45,156 nucleotides of DNA, taken from positions 30,581,823 to 30,626,978 of the forward strand of contig NC_068996.1 in NCBI RefSeq assembly GCF_001194135.2. Direction: 5' to 3'. Origin of the DNA: Octopus bimaculoides. Taxonomy: Eukaryota. Under the pieces are notes generated by a model. The model was not told where the DNA came from, searched no databases, and was given only the letters and a program-made list of their open reading frames with translations. This document shows positions 12,581 to 24,050 of the stretch, in pieces. The position numbers and the translations under genes are program-made. Positions within the stretch are counted from its first letter, which is position 1, and the number at the start of each line of letters is the position of its first letter.

Positions 12581-13234
12581 NNNNNNNNNNNNNNNNNNNN
12601 NNNNNNNNNNNNNNNNNNNNNNNNNNNNNNNNNNNNNNNNNNNNNNNNNNNNNNNNNNNNNNNNNNNNNNNNNNNNNNNNNNNNNNNNNNNNNNNNNNNN
12701 NNNNNNNNNNNNNNNNNNNNNNNNNNNNNNNNNNNNNNNNNNNNNNNNNNNNNNNNNNNNNNNNNNNNNNNNNNNNNNNNNNNNNNNNNNNNNNNNNNNN
12801 NTGTGTGTGTGTGTGCATGTGTGTGTGTTTATGAATTTGTGTTGCAAGATTCCTAATGTGAAACTGTGTTTTGAAACAGATATTGTTGTATTCCAGGATG
12901 ATCATTTTTTTCTTCTGCCAAATAAACACATACACAGTATATTTGTTCTTCACTCATTTATTATTATTCTTATTTTAATTCATGTCTGTTGTCTGGAAAT
13001 CTTTCATTACACATCTGTGACCTCTTCAGCAACACTTTCTGTCCTTGTGTGTGCTCCTGCTTCGCTTAGTCCATTCTGTTCTTCTATGATGTGTATCGTT
13101 ATATGTGCATGCACACACACATATATATATACATATATATGCATATATATATATATACACACATACATATGTATATATATACATATATATATATACTATA
13201 TATATACATATATGTATACATATCTATATATATA

Positions 13235-13660
13235 GGCATAGGAGTGGCTGTGTGGTAAGTAGCTTGCTTACCGCCCACATGGTTCCAGGTTTATTCCCAC
13301 TGTGTGGCACCTTGGGCAAGTATCTTCTAGTATAGCCTCAGGCCGACCAAAGCCTTGTGAGTTGATTTGGTAGACGGAAGCTGAAGGAAGTCCATTGTAT
13401 ATATGTATTTATATATATGTACGTGTGTGTAAATGTTTGTCCCCCCACCATCGCTTGACAACCGATGGTGGTGTGTTTATGTCCCTGTAACTTAGCGGTT
13501 CGGCAAAAGAGACTGATAGAATAAGTACTAGGGTTACAAAGAATAANNNNNNNNNNAAAAGAGACTGATAGAATAAGTACTAGGGTTACAAAGAATAAGT
13601 CCTGGGGTCGATTTGCTCGACTAAAGGTGGTGCTCCAGCATGGCCACAATTAAATGATTG
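13235..13660 (+). mobile_element. tRNA-derived SINE (internal microsatellite, small gap)
   Basis: A-box-like TGGCTGTGTGGT, B-box-like GGTTCCAGGTTTATTCCC, then GGCACCTTGGGCAAG. Related copies at 11390-11495 (-), 16503-16650 (-), 31330-31420 and 34362-34510 (+). Confidence 0.75.
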
Positions 13661-14470
13661 AAACAAGTAAAAGAGTAAAAAGAGTATACCTATGATAAAT
13701 ATAAGAAATAGAGACAAATAGGTAAACAAAAAAAATACTGTATAAAGAGCACAGATGCAAACAACATTGTAAGTGAACACACAAACACACATACAGTAAC
13801 TTCACAAATGGCCGCAACAACTTCAGCAACATGACCAACAGCAACAACAACAACTACCATGATGGCACCAATGTGGGTGAACACACAAACACAGAAAGAT
13901 ACAGGAACAGTACCAGAAGTTGGGGTAAAGGGTAGCAGCAACGGCAACGGGAGAGGGGACAGGAGTGAGGTGAGAGTCATAGTGCTACTAAGAACAACAA
14001 CGATAACGATGACAACAATATAAAGAGCATAAGCCCATATATACACCCATAAACACACATGTGAGACACATAGACATGTGCACGCACATGTATGCACACG
14101 CACATGTATGCACACGCACGTGTATGCACACACACAGACACATATACACAAATACATGCAAATTCATGCGCATATAAGGATACACATCATTGAAGAACAA
14201 AATAGATTAAGTAGAGCAGGAGCACACACGAGGATGGATGATGTATGATGAAGATTTCTGGACAATGGACATGAATTAAAATAAGAACAGTAATAAACAA
14301 GTTAAGAATGAATATATCGTGCATATGTTTATCTGGCAAAAAAAAAAAAAAACATCCTGAAATACAATATATATATATATATATATATATAAATAATACA
14401 GAATGGGACAAGAACGCAAAACATCCAAACAGTTTATATATATATGTATATGCGCACACACACACACACA

Positions 14471-15734
14471 TTGGATTGAGTCATAAAAAATTTAATGAAA
14501 ACATTTTACAAAGAATTATTTTCAATTATCAGTATAATTGCCATTATTTTGAATGACTTCTTGCCATTTATCAGGTAACTTTTTGATTACTCTCGAGTAA
14601 AATTCAGCTGGCCTTGACATGAAAAAGTTTTCCACATACATTTTCCCCTGATTTTTTTGAGAAAATTTTTTCCCATCAGAGCATTTTGTAGAGAGTGAAG
14701 AAGATGGAAATCAGCTGGTGCAAAGTCCAGGGAATATCATAGATGGAGTAGAATACACCAGCCCATATCCAATATTTTATCCTGCATGATCTTTGCTGAA
14801 TGTGGTCTTGTGTTATCATGGAGAAGCACAATGTTTCTCCTATTGACAAGTGCAGGGCATTTTCTTAAAAGATGTTCATGCACATGTTGCAGCTGCTGAG
14901 AGTATATGTCAGCTTTAGTATTTGATTGCAGTTTAAAAACTCAAAAAATGAATAATACTGTGGTGATTCCACCATACACACAGCATAACCTTCGTTTCAT
15001 AGAGCTCAGCCTTTGAGATAAGTTGTGGAGGTTCATCCTTGTCAGTCCACTGCCTTTTGCATTGATCATTATCATAAAAGACCCATTTTCCATCACCTGT
15101 AATGATATTATTTAGAAACGGGTAATTTTTCTACCTTGAAAGAAGACTTTTCCCTATGGATATGTGATCCTTCGTATTTTTCTCACTAATAGTATGGGGA
15201 GCCCAAACTTACTGACTTTTCCTATCTTTTAAAAGTGGTGGCAGATGGTGGATGGGATGTGTTGAGGTCAACTGCTAATTTCCAAGTACTTTTATAAGGA
15301 TTGAATTCCACTAATTCTCTTAAAGCACCATGATTGAAATCTGATGAGCGTCCTGGTGCAAAGTCTGATGAGCATCATCACTCAATAACAAATCTCTGGA
15401 ATGAAACTTTGAAAACTAATTTTGCATTTGCTGGTCGGTAATGACACTTTGGCAATAAACATTGCATATTTTCTTTGCTGTTTCTGTGACATTTTATCCA
15501 TTCTTAAACTCTCACAAAATCACATGTTGAATATACACTGCCAGTTCATCCATTCCAAGGCAGTGAAATTTGATATTAAACTATAATGTGCACACTTTCA
15601 CTGCTTAAATATGAATAACTAAAGAGGGTCTTTTAAAAATGGTAGTTTCCATTTCAATTTTAAACATCTGAAGTTCGAAAAGTGTCATTACAATTTATTT
15701 CCCCATAATGGAAATTATTAATGACTTAACCCAA
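14471..15734 (-). mobile_element. Near full-length decayed mariner (Tc1/mariner) transposon
   Basis: Both TIRs present (ttggattgagtcataaaaaattt / aaattattaatgacttaacccaa, followed by TA); about 1.26 kb. The minus strand encodes LLHDNTRPH...YSLDFAPADFHL (DD34D domain). Confidence 0.85.
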
Positions 15735-16469
15735 TATCATCATCATCATCATTTAACGTCCGCTTTCCATGCTAGCATGGGTTGGACGATTTGACTGAGG
15801 ACTGGTGAAACCAGATGGTTACACCAGCCTCCAATCTGATTTGGCAGAGTTTCTACAGCTGGATGCCCTTCCTAACGCCAACCACTCAGAGAGTGTAGTG
15901 GGTGCTTTTACGTGTCACCTGCACGAAGGCCAGTCAGGGGGTACTGGTANNNNNNNNNNNNNNNNNNNNNNNNNNNNNNNNNNNNNNNNNNNNNNNNNNN
16001 NNNNNNNNNNNNNNNNNNNNNNNNNNNNNNNNNNNNNNNNNNNNNNNNNNNNNNNNNNNNNNNNNNNNNNNNNNNNNNNNNNNNNNNNNNNNNNNNNNNN
16101 NNNNNNNNNNNNNNNNNNNNNNNNNNNNNNNNNNNNNNNNNNNNNNNNNNNNNNNNNNNNNNNNNNNNNNNNNNNNNNNNNNNNNNNNNNNNNNNNNNNN
16201 NNNNNNNNNNNNNNNNNNNNNNNNNNNNNNNNNNNNNNNNNNNNNNNNNNNNNNNNNNNNNNNNNNNNNNNNNNNNNNNNNNNNNNNNNNNNNNNNNNNN
16301 NNNNNNNNNNNNNNNNNNNNNNNNNNNNNCTGGTGATGACATAATGTCACATGTGTTTGTATATTGTTATTATTGTCCTTTTAGTAAACAAATAAACAAG
16401 TAAATTAACATATTACAATGTCTGCAAGTTGATGAATACCACTTATTAATCCCCTCCATTTTCTTATTG

Positions 16470-16502
<33 letters not shown>

Positions 16503-16504
<2 letters not shown>

Positions 16505-16650
16505 ACAGGCTTCTTTTCAGTTTTCATCTAGCAAATCCAGTTACAAGGCTTTGGTCAGTCCAAGGCTCTAGTAGAAGACACTTGCCCAAGGTGCCATGCA
16601 GTGGGACTGAACCAGGAACCATGTGGTTGGAAAGCAATCTACTTACCACA
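16503..16650 (-). mobile_element. tRNA-derived SINE
   Basis: Reverse complement of the 13235 SINE head (cttgcccaaggtgcca...gggactgaaccaggaacc...acttaccaca), abutting (TA)n. Confidence 0.75.
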
Positions 16651-17199
16651 TATCAAACAGTTTGACTCAGCTCCATGCAACTTAAAATTTCAGAGGCTCA
16701 TACAACAAACCTAACTCATCTAGCATTTAGAGATCAAGTAACAGGAAATGACACAAATTTCAAGATGTCTACTATATGTTAGGACTTTAGTGGTCAACTC
16801 AGATTATGTGGTATTATTAGCTTGTTGGAAGTGACATCAGACCATATCTTTGTTCTTAGATTCTCTTGGTCAGACAGGACGTTGGTAGCAGCTGTTGCGG
16901 TTATGGTATTATTCATTTAGCAAACATCAGTCCATTGTATTTGTTGCTACACATGGCAGGGTAGGGTGTTGTGGGTTAGTGGAGGACAAATGCTATAATG
17001 GTGACAGCCTTTCTGTAGGAGTAAGCAGACTTGGTTGTGCTAGGTTGGACTGTCAGCATGGATGGGGCTGAAATCTATTTGGTCAGCAGAGGTTAAAGTG
17101 ACATGCTCTTGTGTATGGAGTTTGCAAGTCTAAGCTGATATCTCTTGATTGTCAGGTCACAACGGTTTGAAGTTCATTAATAGTGCTTACCTTTGGTGA

Positions 17200-18300
17200 C
17201 AACAATAAGACAGTACTTCCTGTTGATAGATACTGCAAGTTGGTGGAGTGTGAGTAATCTTTCACAGAGTTCACAGTTGCAAGCTCCAGGTGAATATGAA
17301 GGGACCTTTTTTATTTGATGTTGGGGAAGTTGTTCCAATGATCATGAAGTCTCCAGATAAAATGGAACAAGGAGGTGGAGTTGAAAGAGTGCATGTGCTG
17401 TGTATACCCCCTCTTGAAGTTATTGGAAATCATGTCTTATAATGCCATCAGATGGTGTGAGCTCTACAAACTACAGCCCTTAAGAAGTGGGATTTTCCCA
17501 GTAAGCAGTTGGTAGGATTTTAGCAATAGCAAAGTGGGGTATGTATTGATAGTTGTGTAGTTGTGTGTCTGCATCTATTGTAGCATGCAATGTTGGAAGC
17601 AATGTTGTCTAACAGGAATAACTGAACTTGGACAGTGTAGCATTTGAAATATTCATAATACTTATGGGTTCTGGAGAAGTGTTTCTTAATTAGCAACAGG
17701 AAGCTCCTAGTATGCTGGTCAAAACTTCTAGACTACATAGAGGATTAAACTAGGTTATCTTTCTTCTCCTGGTTCTCTTTGGGTTCAGAGGTGGGGGGTG
17801 AGGTGTTTTTCATATATATTAACTTCTCAGTGAATCCACTTCTCACTAATGTCTCATTATAATGGGCGGAGGCCTCTGTTGAAGATCTCTATTCACAGAT
17901 AGCTTAGAGATTCTTCTACTTATGCCTGTGACTGTTTCTAATTATAGTGAGGGTGGTTCGAGTTTCTGTGGGTATACACAGTTTCCTTGATGGGCTTCCT
18001 GTAAGGGTAGTACTTGCCCATCTTCTGATCTAGGGTTACATCCAGGAAGTTGATATTTGTTAAATTTGTGGTGACTGTTATAGATTAGCCAAGTTCTTTG
18101 AAGAAAATCTTTATCAGATCTTTCTTGAACTAGTCCATGGTATGACTGTTCATATAACTTGAGACTGCCAGACTGTATTTCCTGTACAGGGTTGAACTAT
18201 GGGGATGCATGCACTTCCTTCGAGTATCTAGGATAAATGACCTGATGAGGATTATGAGACTGAAATGTGATATAGGTGGAAACACATGGTTAGGCAGTCC
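17200..18300 (-). mobile_element. Heavily decayed Penelope-like element (RT C-terminus + GIY-YIG)
   Basis: Minus strand gives KDLIKIFFKELG, ITVTTNLTNINFLDVTLD..GKYYPYRKP...SNHP, and downstream PSYSPGACNCELCE, which are PLE RT/EN motifs with many stops. Confidence 0.75.
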
Positions 18301-18719
18301 ACATGATCCTCAGTGTTTATCTCATTGTATGTACAGATGATTTTCCTGTATGTTGTGGTGAATATGTTTGTAACAAATATTGTGTGTATGTAAGTGTTTG
18401 TCTCATGGATGTTTTGTTGACAAAGATGTGTATATTAGGTGATTCTTTTATTCTTTTATTTGTTTCAGTCATTTTAACTGTGGCAATGCTGGAGCACCAC
18501 CTTAATTTTTATTTAAAGAAGCAGTTAAAATGATTCTGAAATCTTACCTTCTTTACATGTTCATTTAGTCATCTTCAAGGTTCTTGAGGAATATACTTTT
18601 ATTTTTTTCACATGTTTAAGCCTAAAGGCTGTTACCACACTGGAGGCTTATATATATATATATCGTCATTTAATGTCTGTCCTCCATGCTAGCATGGACT
18701 AGATAGTCTATATATATAT

Positions 18720-18920
18720 GGGAGAATATACAAATAATAACAACAGACGAGGACAGGTGGTGTAAATAACAAAAGGATATATTAGTATGACGCTCGGGAA
18801 TACGGAAAGTCTTTGATGTTTCGAGCTACGCTCTTCAACAGAAAGAATACGGAGACAAGGAGAAAAACACGGAGAAAAAAAATTGAATAGTGTTCAGTCA
18901 ACGGTCAATCATAATAATGA
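18720..18920 (-). mobile_element. Short non-coding PLE-pLTR-like element carrying a hammerhead-like motif, inserted in (TA)n
   Basis: About 200 bp, CpG-retaining, flanked by TA microsatellite on both sides. Contains the motif at 18810-18846. Confidence 0.6.
18810..18846 (-). ncRNA. Minimal type-I hammerhead ribozyme-like motif
   Basis: Minus strand UCUUU-CUGUUGA-A-GAGC(GUA)GCUC-GAAAC-AUC-AAAGA. Stem I 5 bp, stem II 4 bp, GAAA, NUH triplet. Deviations: A6U, an extra A, and stem III ACAU instead of palindromic ACGU. Confidence 0.6.
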
Positions 18921-18979
<59 letters not shown>

Positions 18980-18992
18980 CATACATGCTTAC

Positions 18993-19023
<31 letters not shown>

Positions 19024-19044
19024 TATTTATTTGTTTATAATTAT

Positions 19045-19260
19045 TTAGCAGAAACAAGGTAACAAGCTGACAAAATTGTTAGTACAGTGGACTACCACCA
19101 TTTTGTCTGTATGTTCTGAGTTCAAATTCCACTGAAGTCATTTTTGCCTTTCGGGCTCAATAAAATAAGTACCAGTTGAACACGGGGGGGAGGGAGTCAA
19201 TGTAATTGATTACTCTCTCCCTTGAACTTATTGGCCTTGTCCAAAATTTGAAACCATTAT
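19045..19260 (+). mobile_element. Second tRNA-type SINE family
   Basis: B-box GAGTTCAAATTCC followed by ...aataaaataagtaccagtt. A homologous copy lies at 33438-33660. Confidence 0.65.
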
Positions 19261-20126
19261 TTAGCAGAAGCAGCAGATTGACTCAAGGGTCAGGAGTTTC
19301 ATGCATTAGCACTTATCAAGCTCATTAAGTTTGATAAGTGCCAACTCTTGGTCCTTCAGTCACTCTATTGCTGTTGTTAAATATTAATAAAAAAATATAT
19401 ATATTCTTATGTTTCGAGTTCTGTTAGAACTGGTAATTTCTACAATTCCTGGCCATGGATTATCATCAGACATTCTCCTTTGGAAATGCTAATGAACCTT
19501 ACCTGTAACTTTATTTTTTATTTGATCATGGAACTGCATATTCCATATCTATTTCACTCTGACTCTTCCTTTATTGATAAACTGGAAAGTACTAATATAT
19601 TTGATCGGGGATATTTCTTTGTTTTCATATTTTTCTGACTTCTCTCTCTCCAATTATGGAATAATTAGCTTATGGAATCCTCACTCAATATCATGAGCAA
19701 CATGCTTGACTATTCTAGAAACAGCTGTAAGAGACTCTATGTGTTTATGATCTTTATCTAAAATAAATATTTTTTTAGTGATGCCAAATATTTTGTTTTT
19801 TCATTCTATACTTTGATCTATGTATATGTGTGTGCATATGTATGTATGTATGGATGTATGTATGTATGCATGTATGTCTGTACGTATGTACAAGACGAGT
19901 CCTGTTTTAGGGTTGATATATGACTTCCAAACTGGGAGACACTTTTGACCCCTAATTCTTGTTTTACCCGTTAGAATATCAAAGAGTATTAACAACATAA
20001 TACACGATCCAGATTTAGTAATGTTTAAACCTGTCAGTTATAAACTGCAAAGTAACAAAGAAATGTATGACTTCACAGAAACTGGGTGCTACTGTTGACA
20101 TACTGTGTGTGTGTTTGTATAATCTG

Positions 20127-20493
20127 TATTAAATTAAGAGAAGAAAACGGAGTGCCAGTGGTTAATACTTATATATTAATAAATTGACAATCATTTCTTC
20201 CTACAGCTGTTTCCATTTATCCTCACTGGATAAATTACAAATTTATGCATCAAATTTGCATTTATAAGTTATAAGTCTGCTGGAATGAACAGATAGGTCA
20301 ACATGTAATTTTTTTATGTTCAACTTTTCCCTGGTGATATTTTGCTCATAACTTATAAATGCAAATTTAAAGCATAAATTTGTAATTTATCCAATGAATA
20401 TAAATGGACACAGCTGTAGGAAGAAATGATTATCGATTCATTAATAAATAAATATTAACCACTGACTCTCCATTTTCTTCTCTTAATTTAATA
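20127..20493. repeat. Foldback element: ~150-bp inverted arms (20127-20275 / 20345-20493), ~70-bp spacer
   Basis: The arms align by eye (tattaaattaagagaagaaaa...tgcatttataagttataag versus ctcataacttataaatgca...ttttcttctcttaatttaata). Confidence 0.9.
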
Positions 20494-21039
20494 TGAATTA
20501 TATACTGAATACATACCTATTAATTTAGGGAAATTTTATTTCCCAGAGATATATGGTATAGAACAAGTGTTTTCTTGGCTGTAATCATCCCTTTAAAAGG
20601 TTAATATCCTATAATTAACTTACACACACGTTTTCTCGCATAAAATCTGCGATTGAAATAGTTCACAGACGCATTGCCTTTGCTTTGCACAGGATATGTA
20701 AGAGAATAGTATACGTGTCGTGAATTATGTAATTATAATCCATTGATGGATGTATCGATGTCTCGTCAGACACCTATCATCTGATGACGAGAAACAAAAA
20801 TACTCACACATAGTATCGCAGAAATTCCAGAGAAAAAATTCAAAAGAAAACTCTAGATATTTTGTTAATTTTTTTTTTAAAGATACTGAATAAAACAATT
20901 TTTTTTATACACGTGTGATGCCAAAGTATAAACTACTGTCATTGTCAAAGGTTATGTAACGTCAATACATAAACGGATTAAAATAGTTTATAACTATTAC
21001 TTTCGGTATTTAAAAAAAATGTGTGACATTTAAACCTGT

Positions 21040-21320
21040 AATTTTCTCTTACATTCCAGCACACACCTTAGATGTAAGTTCAGCAATTTCTTGTTGTACA
21101 ACCTGCACAGCTGATTTGTTTATAGTGATCAAATGCTTGTAATGTACACTCGCTTACTTTTACCATCGGAAAGACATTTTCTGTACAGGTGCACGGTGTG
21201 CCGCATATCAGAATGATCGCAGAGCAATGAGAGATGAAGTATTCTGTTCAAGAACACAACGCATCGCCTGGTGCAGAAATCGAAACCACGATCGTGAGTC
21301 CAACGCCCCTAAACACTACG
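21040..21320 (-). mobile_element. tRNA-derived SINE
   Basis: The minus strand starts gtagtgtttaggggcgttggactcacgatcgtggtttcgatttc, with A/B-box-like words and CpGs retained. Confidence 0.65.
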
Positions 21321-21589
21321 ATACACGTCTTCTCTCTCACATACACAGAATATATATATTAGTAGTTATCCTACATATACCTACAAAGCACAGGAAACGT
21401 TAACAAAGCCGCTTCATATCGCCAGTTAGGCAAGAAATAGCGTATAAATCATTTCCTCCCTCACAAATTATATCTTACTATGTTAAATACGGATGGACTC
21501 AATAAAAGAGAGAACGTTGGCAGGTATAAAATATTATTTTAATCATGCATCTGTCGGATTAGAAATAAAAATTGGTTCTTCCATAGATT

Positions 21590-21767
21590 CAAACAGGAAG
21601 CAGTTTCTTACATGAACGCATGCGCACTACAGCGCCAAAGAGGAACTGAGGCTACAGAGAAAGCGGAAATCATCTGTCTGTGCGTCTGTACGTGAGCAAG
21701 GAGTTTGTAGAACTGTCTATGTGGACACGGTGTGGGAGTAGCTGGAGGTGTGTCAACACACCACTGG
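21590..21767 (+). promoter_or_regulatory. Putative housekeeping promoter and non-coding first exon of ACBD3
   Basis: NRF1-like CGCATGCGCA (21617-21626) is followed by ACTACA (ZNF143/SBS-like half-site) and ETS-like AGGAAG/GCGGAAAT words. CpGs are locally retained. Candidate donors are TAC|GTGAGC (21692) and TGG|GTGAGC (21768). The link to ACBD3 is inferred. Confidence 0.5.
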
Positions 21768-21805
21768 GTGAGCAACTTTCTTTCTATTTATGCATACATA
21801 CTGGC

Positions 21806-21841
<36 letters not shown>

Positions 21842-22347
21842 TATACACATATACATATTTCGTTTATAATATATANNNNNNNNNNNNNNNNNNNNNNNNN
21901 NNNNNNNNNNNNNNNNNNNNNNNNNNNNNNNNNNNNNNNNNNNNNNNNNNNNNNNNNNNNNNNNNNNNNNNNNNNNNNNNNNNNNNNNNNNNNNNNNNNN
22001 NNNNNNNNNNNNNNNNNNNNNNNNNNNNNNNNNNNNNNNNNNNNNNNNNNNNNNNNNNNNNNNNNNNNNNNNNNNNNNNNNNNNNNNNNNNNNNNNNNNN
22101 NNNNNNNNNNNNNNNNNNNNNNNNNNNNNNNNNNNNNNNNNNNNNNNNNNNNNNNNNNNNNNNNNNNNNNNNNNNNNNNNNNNNNNNNNNNNNNNNNNNN
22201 NNNNNNNNNNNNNNNNNNNNNNNNNNNNNNNNNNNNNNNNNNNNNNNNNNNNNNNNNNNNNNNNNNNNNNNNNNNNNNNNNNNNNNNNNNNNNNNNNNNN
22301 NNNNNNNNNNNNNNNNNNNNNNNNNNNNNNNNNNNNNNNNNNNNNNN

Positions 22348-22388
22348 AAATGTGTATAGTACATACAAACATATACACACATGATTAT

Positions 22389-22427
<39 letters not shown>

Positions 22428-22800
22428 CACACACGCATATACATATATATACACATATATGTATATATATACACACATATTTACACATATATATACATAT
22501 TTACATATATATGTATATTTACATATATATGTATATATACATATATATATGTATATATACATATGTATATATACATATATATATATGTATATATACATAT
22601 ATACACATACATATATACACATATGTATATATATACATATACATACATATATATACACATATATGTGTATATATATATACATACATACACACACACACAC
22701 ACACATAACACGTACACATAATATGGATGTAAAATACGTATACATAGAAACCATTTTATATGAAGTATATATTTATATATATTCATTTACACGTTCATAC
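22348..22800. repeat. Compound (TA)/(CA)/(TACA) microsatellite (largest of many in the window)
   Basis: Directly visible. Similar tracts occur at 950-1120, 11510-11610, 13110-13235, 18920-19025 and 39220-39280. Confidence 0.95.
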
Positions 22801-22859
22801 ATATGTTCGTTTTTGGCAGCTAAATGTACTGGTTTATATAATGGATAGGAATATATCAA

Positions 22860-24050
22860 GAAGGCATATAATTGATTCAGACAATTAGTGTTCAAAACGG
22901 CACAGGTTAGTCATGTAAAGTGGGACAGTGTCCACGAACTTTCTAGCCGGACCTACCCGACTAATTTGGTTCATGTTGTTAATATTCAGTTTGAACATCC
23001 GGAGGAGAACTAATTGTACATTGTGATAAAATACCATCAAAGGGTTTCTGTTCTGGATGAACTGAAAGAAGTGTTTAGTGAGTTACAGTGACGAATGGGA
23101 CGAATAAGCCCGTATGCTAGTAAAGATAGCTCATTCAGAGAAGCCGGAGCCATTATTGCTATTTAGAAATGTCACAGCGAAGAAAATGTGTTTGTGAGCA
23201 AGTCGTTGACTGAATCTTTGACAGTCAGGAGGCTGTACCCTAGGATATTATGTGTGACGCAGTGGCACCCTACCAAGTTACTCTGTTGAGAGTCTTTTTT
23301 GAGCTTTAGAGATGAATAACAAATGTTATTGGGAGGTAACTGAATGTTGCTCTCAACTGGAGAGTGATACAGTATTTCTTGATCGGTATAGTAATTAAGC
23401 CTGTGCTGTTGTAAGACGAATTTGTCGTGTTTTTGTTGAAGGTTGCTTTCAAGGTTTCTGTTCACAAAATTGTTTAGGTTTGCATGTAGAAGATCAAAGA
23501 AGTGTGAAGTATACCATATTCGTAAGAATCTGTTAGAGGTGACAGCAAATCAATCATTATTATATGGGAGACATTACTGAACGTTGAAGAACACTTGAGT
23601 TAATACGATATGGGTCTTAGAGAGACTTGTCAACAAGTTTAGCAATGTCGTATTTTGACAGGAGCTTTCAGTTTTGTACATGAAATACAAATATAGACTA
23701 CACATAGATTGGCAACTAGGTAACATAGCTAGGAGATTCTTGTGCCAGGCGTGGTTGAAGGCTTTGAAAGGTGAAGTGAAACTGCTGATATAGGAGAGGA
23801 GGTCTCTATGTTAGATTTAACTTTTTGAGTACTGAGACAGATTGGAATTCGTTGTTGACAACTGTGATGTTTGAAGTAGATTCTTGGGTTTGAGAAGTTG
23901 ACTTTTGGAAGATGAAATACACTGGACCATGTTGCTAATGATTTTGAATAAACTCCTGAAGAGTTTGACTAGGGTAACAGCAAAATAAGCTTTAGAAGGG
24001 TCTTATATTTGGGATTGATCATTTTATCAAATTGGAATATTTGATGGAAT
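22860..24050 (-). mobile_element. Probable 5' (N-terminal) remnant of a PLE
   Basis: Decayed reading frame (LESNLQQKHDKFVLQQ...; NLCRFEH*LSESIICLL) resembling the region before the PLE 'NLS..L...E..LL.KGL' motif. Weak. Confidence 0.3.

Noticed and set aside
13235-13320. tRNA gene candidates from A/B-box words
   Set aside because: No cloverleaf is evident, and the boxes are heads of multi-copy SINEs.
13500-13600. Apparent ~42-bp direct repeat aaaagagactgatagaataagtactagggttacaaagaataa
   Set aside because: The two copies flank a 10-N gap exactly, a typical contig-overlap scaffolding artefact.
18240-18275. CTGATGA-GGATTATGAGACT-GAAA hammerhead-like spacing
   Set aside because: Stem I cannot form beyond one pair, and the site lies antisense within a decayed PLE RT region; probably chance.
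20746-20795. Hammerhead core words on both strands (CTGATGA-CGA-GAAAC on +; CUGACGA-GACAUC-GAUAC-AUC on -) within an 8-bp hairpin
   Set aside because: The + strand lacks stems I-III. The - strand has A14U and an out-of-register 4-bp stem I. It may be a relic but cannot be supported as a ribozyme. It was also considered as a C/D snoRNA (box C at 20781, CTGA near 20886), but there is no terminal stem.
22350-22848. YI/HT/CV-repeat ORFs (also 827-1144, 11394-11728, 13105-13335, 14187-14556)
   Set aside because: Translations of dinucleotide microsatellites and A/T runs; no protein signal.
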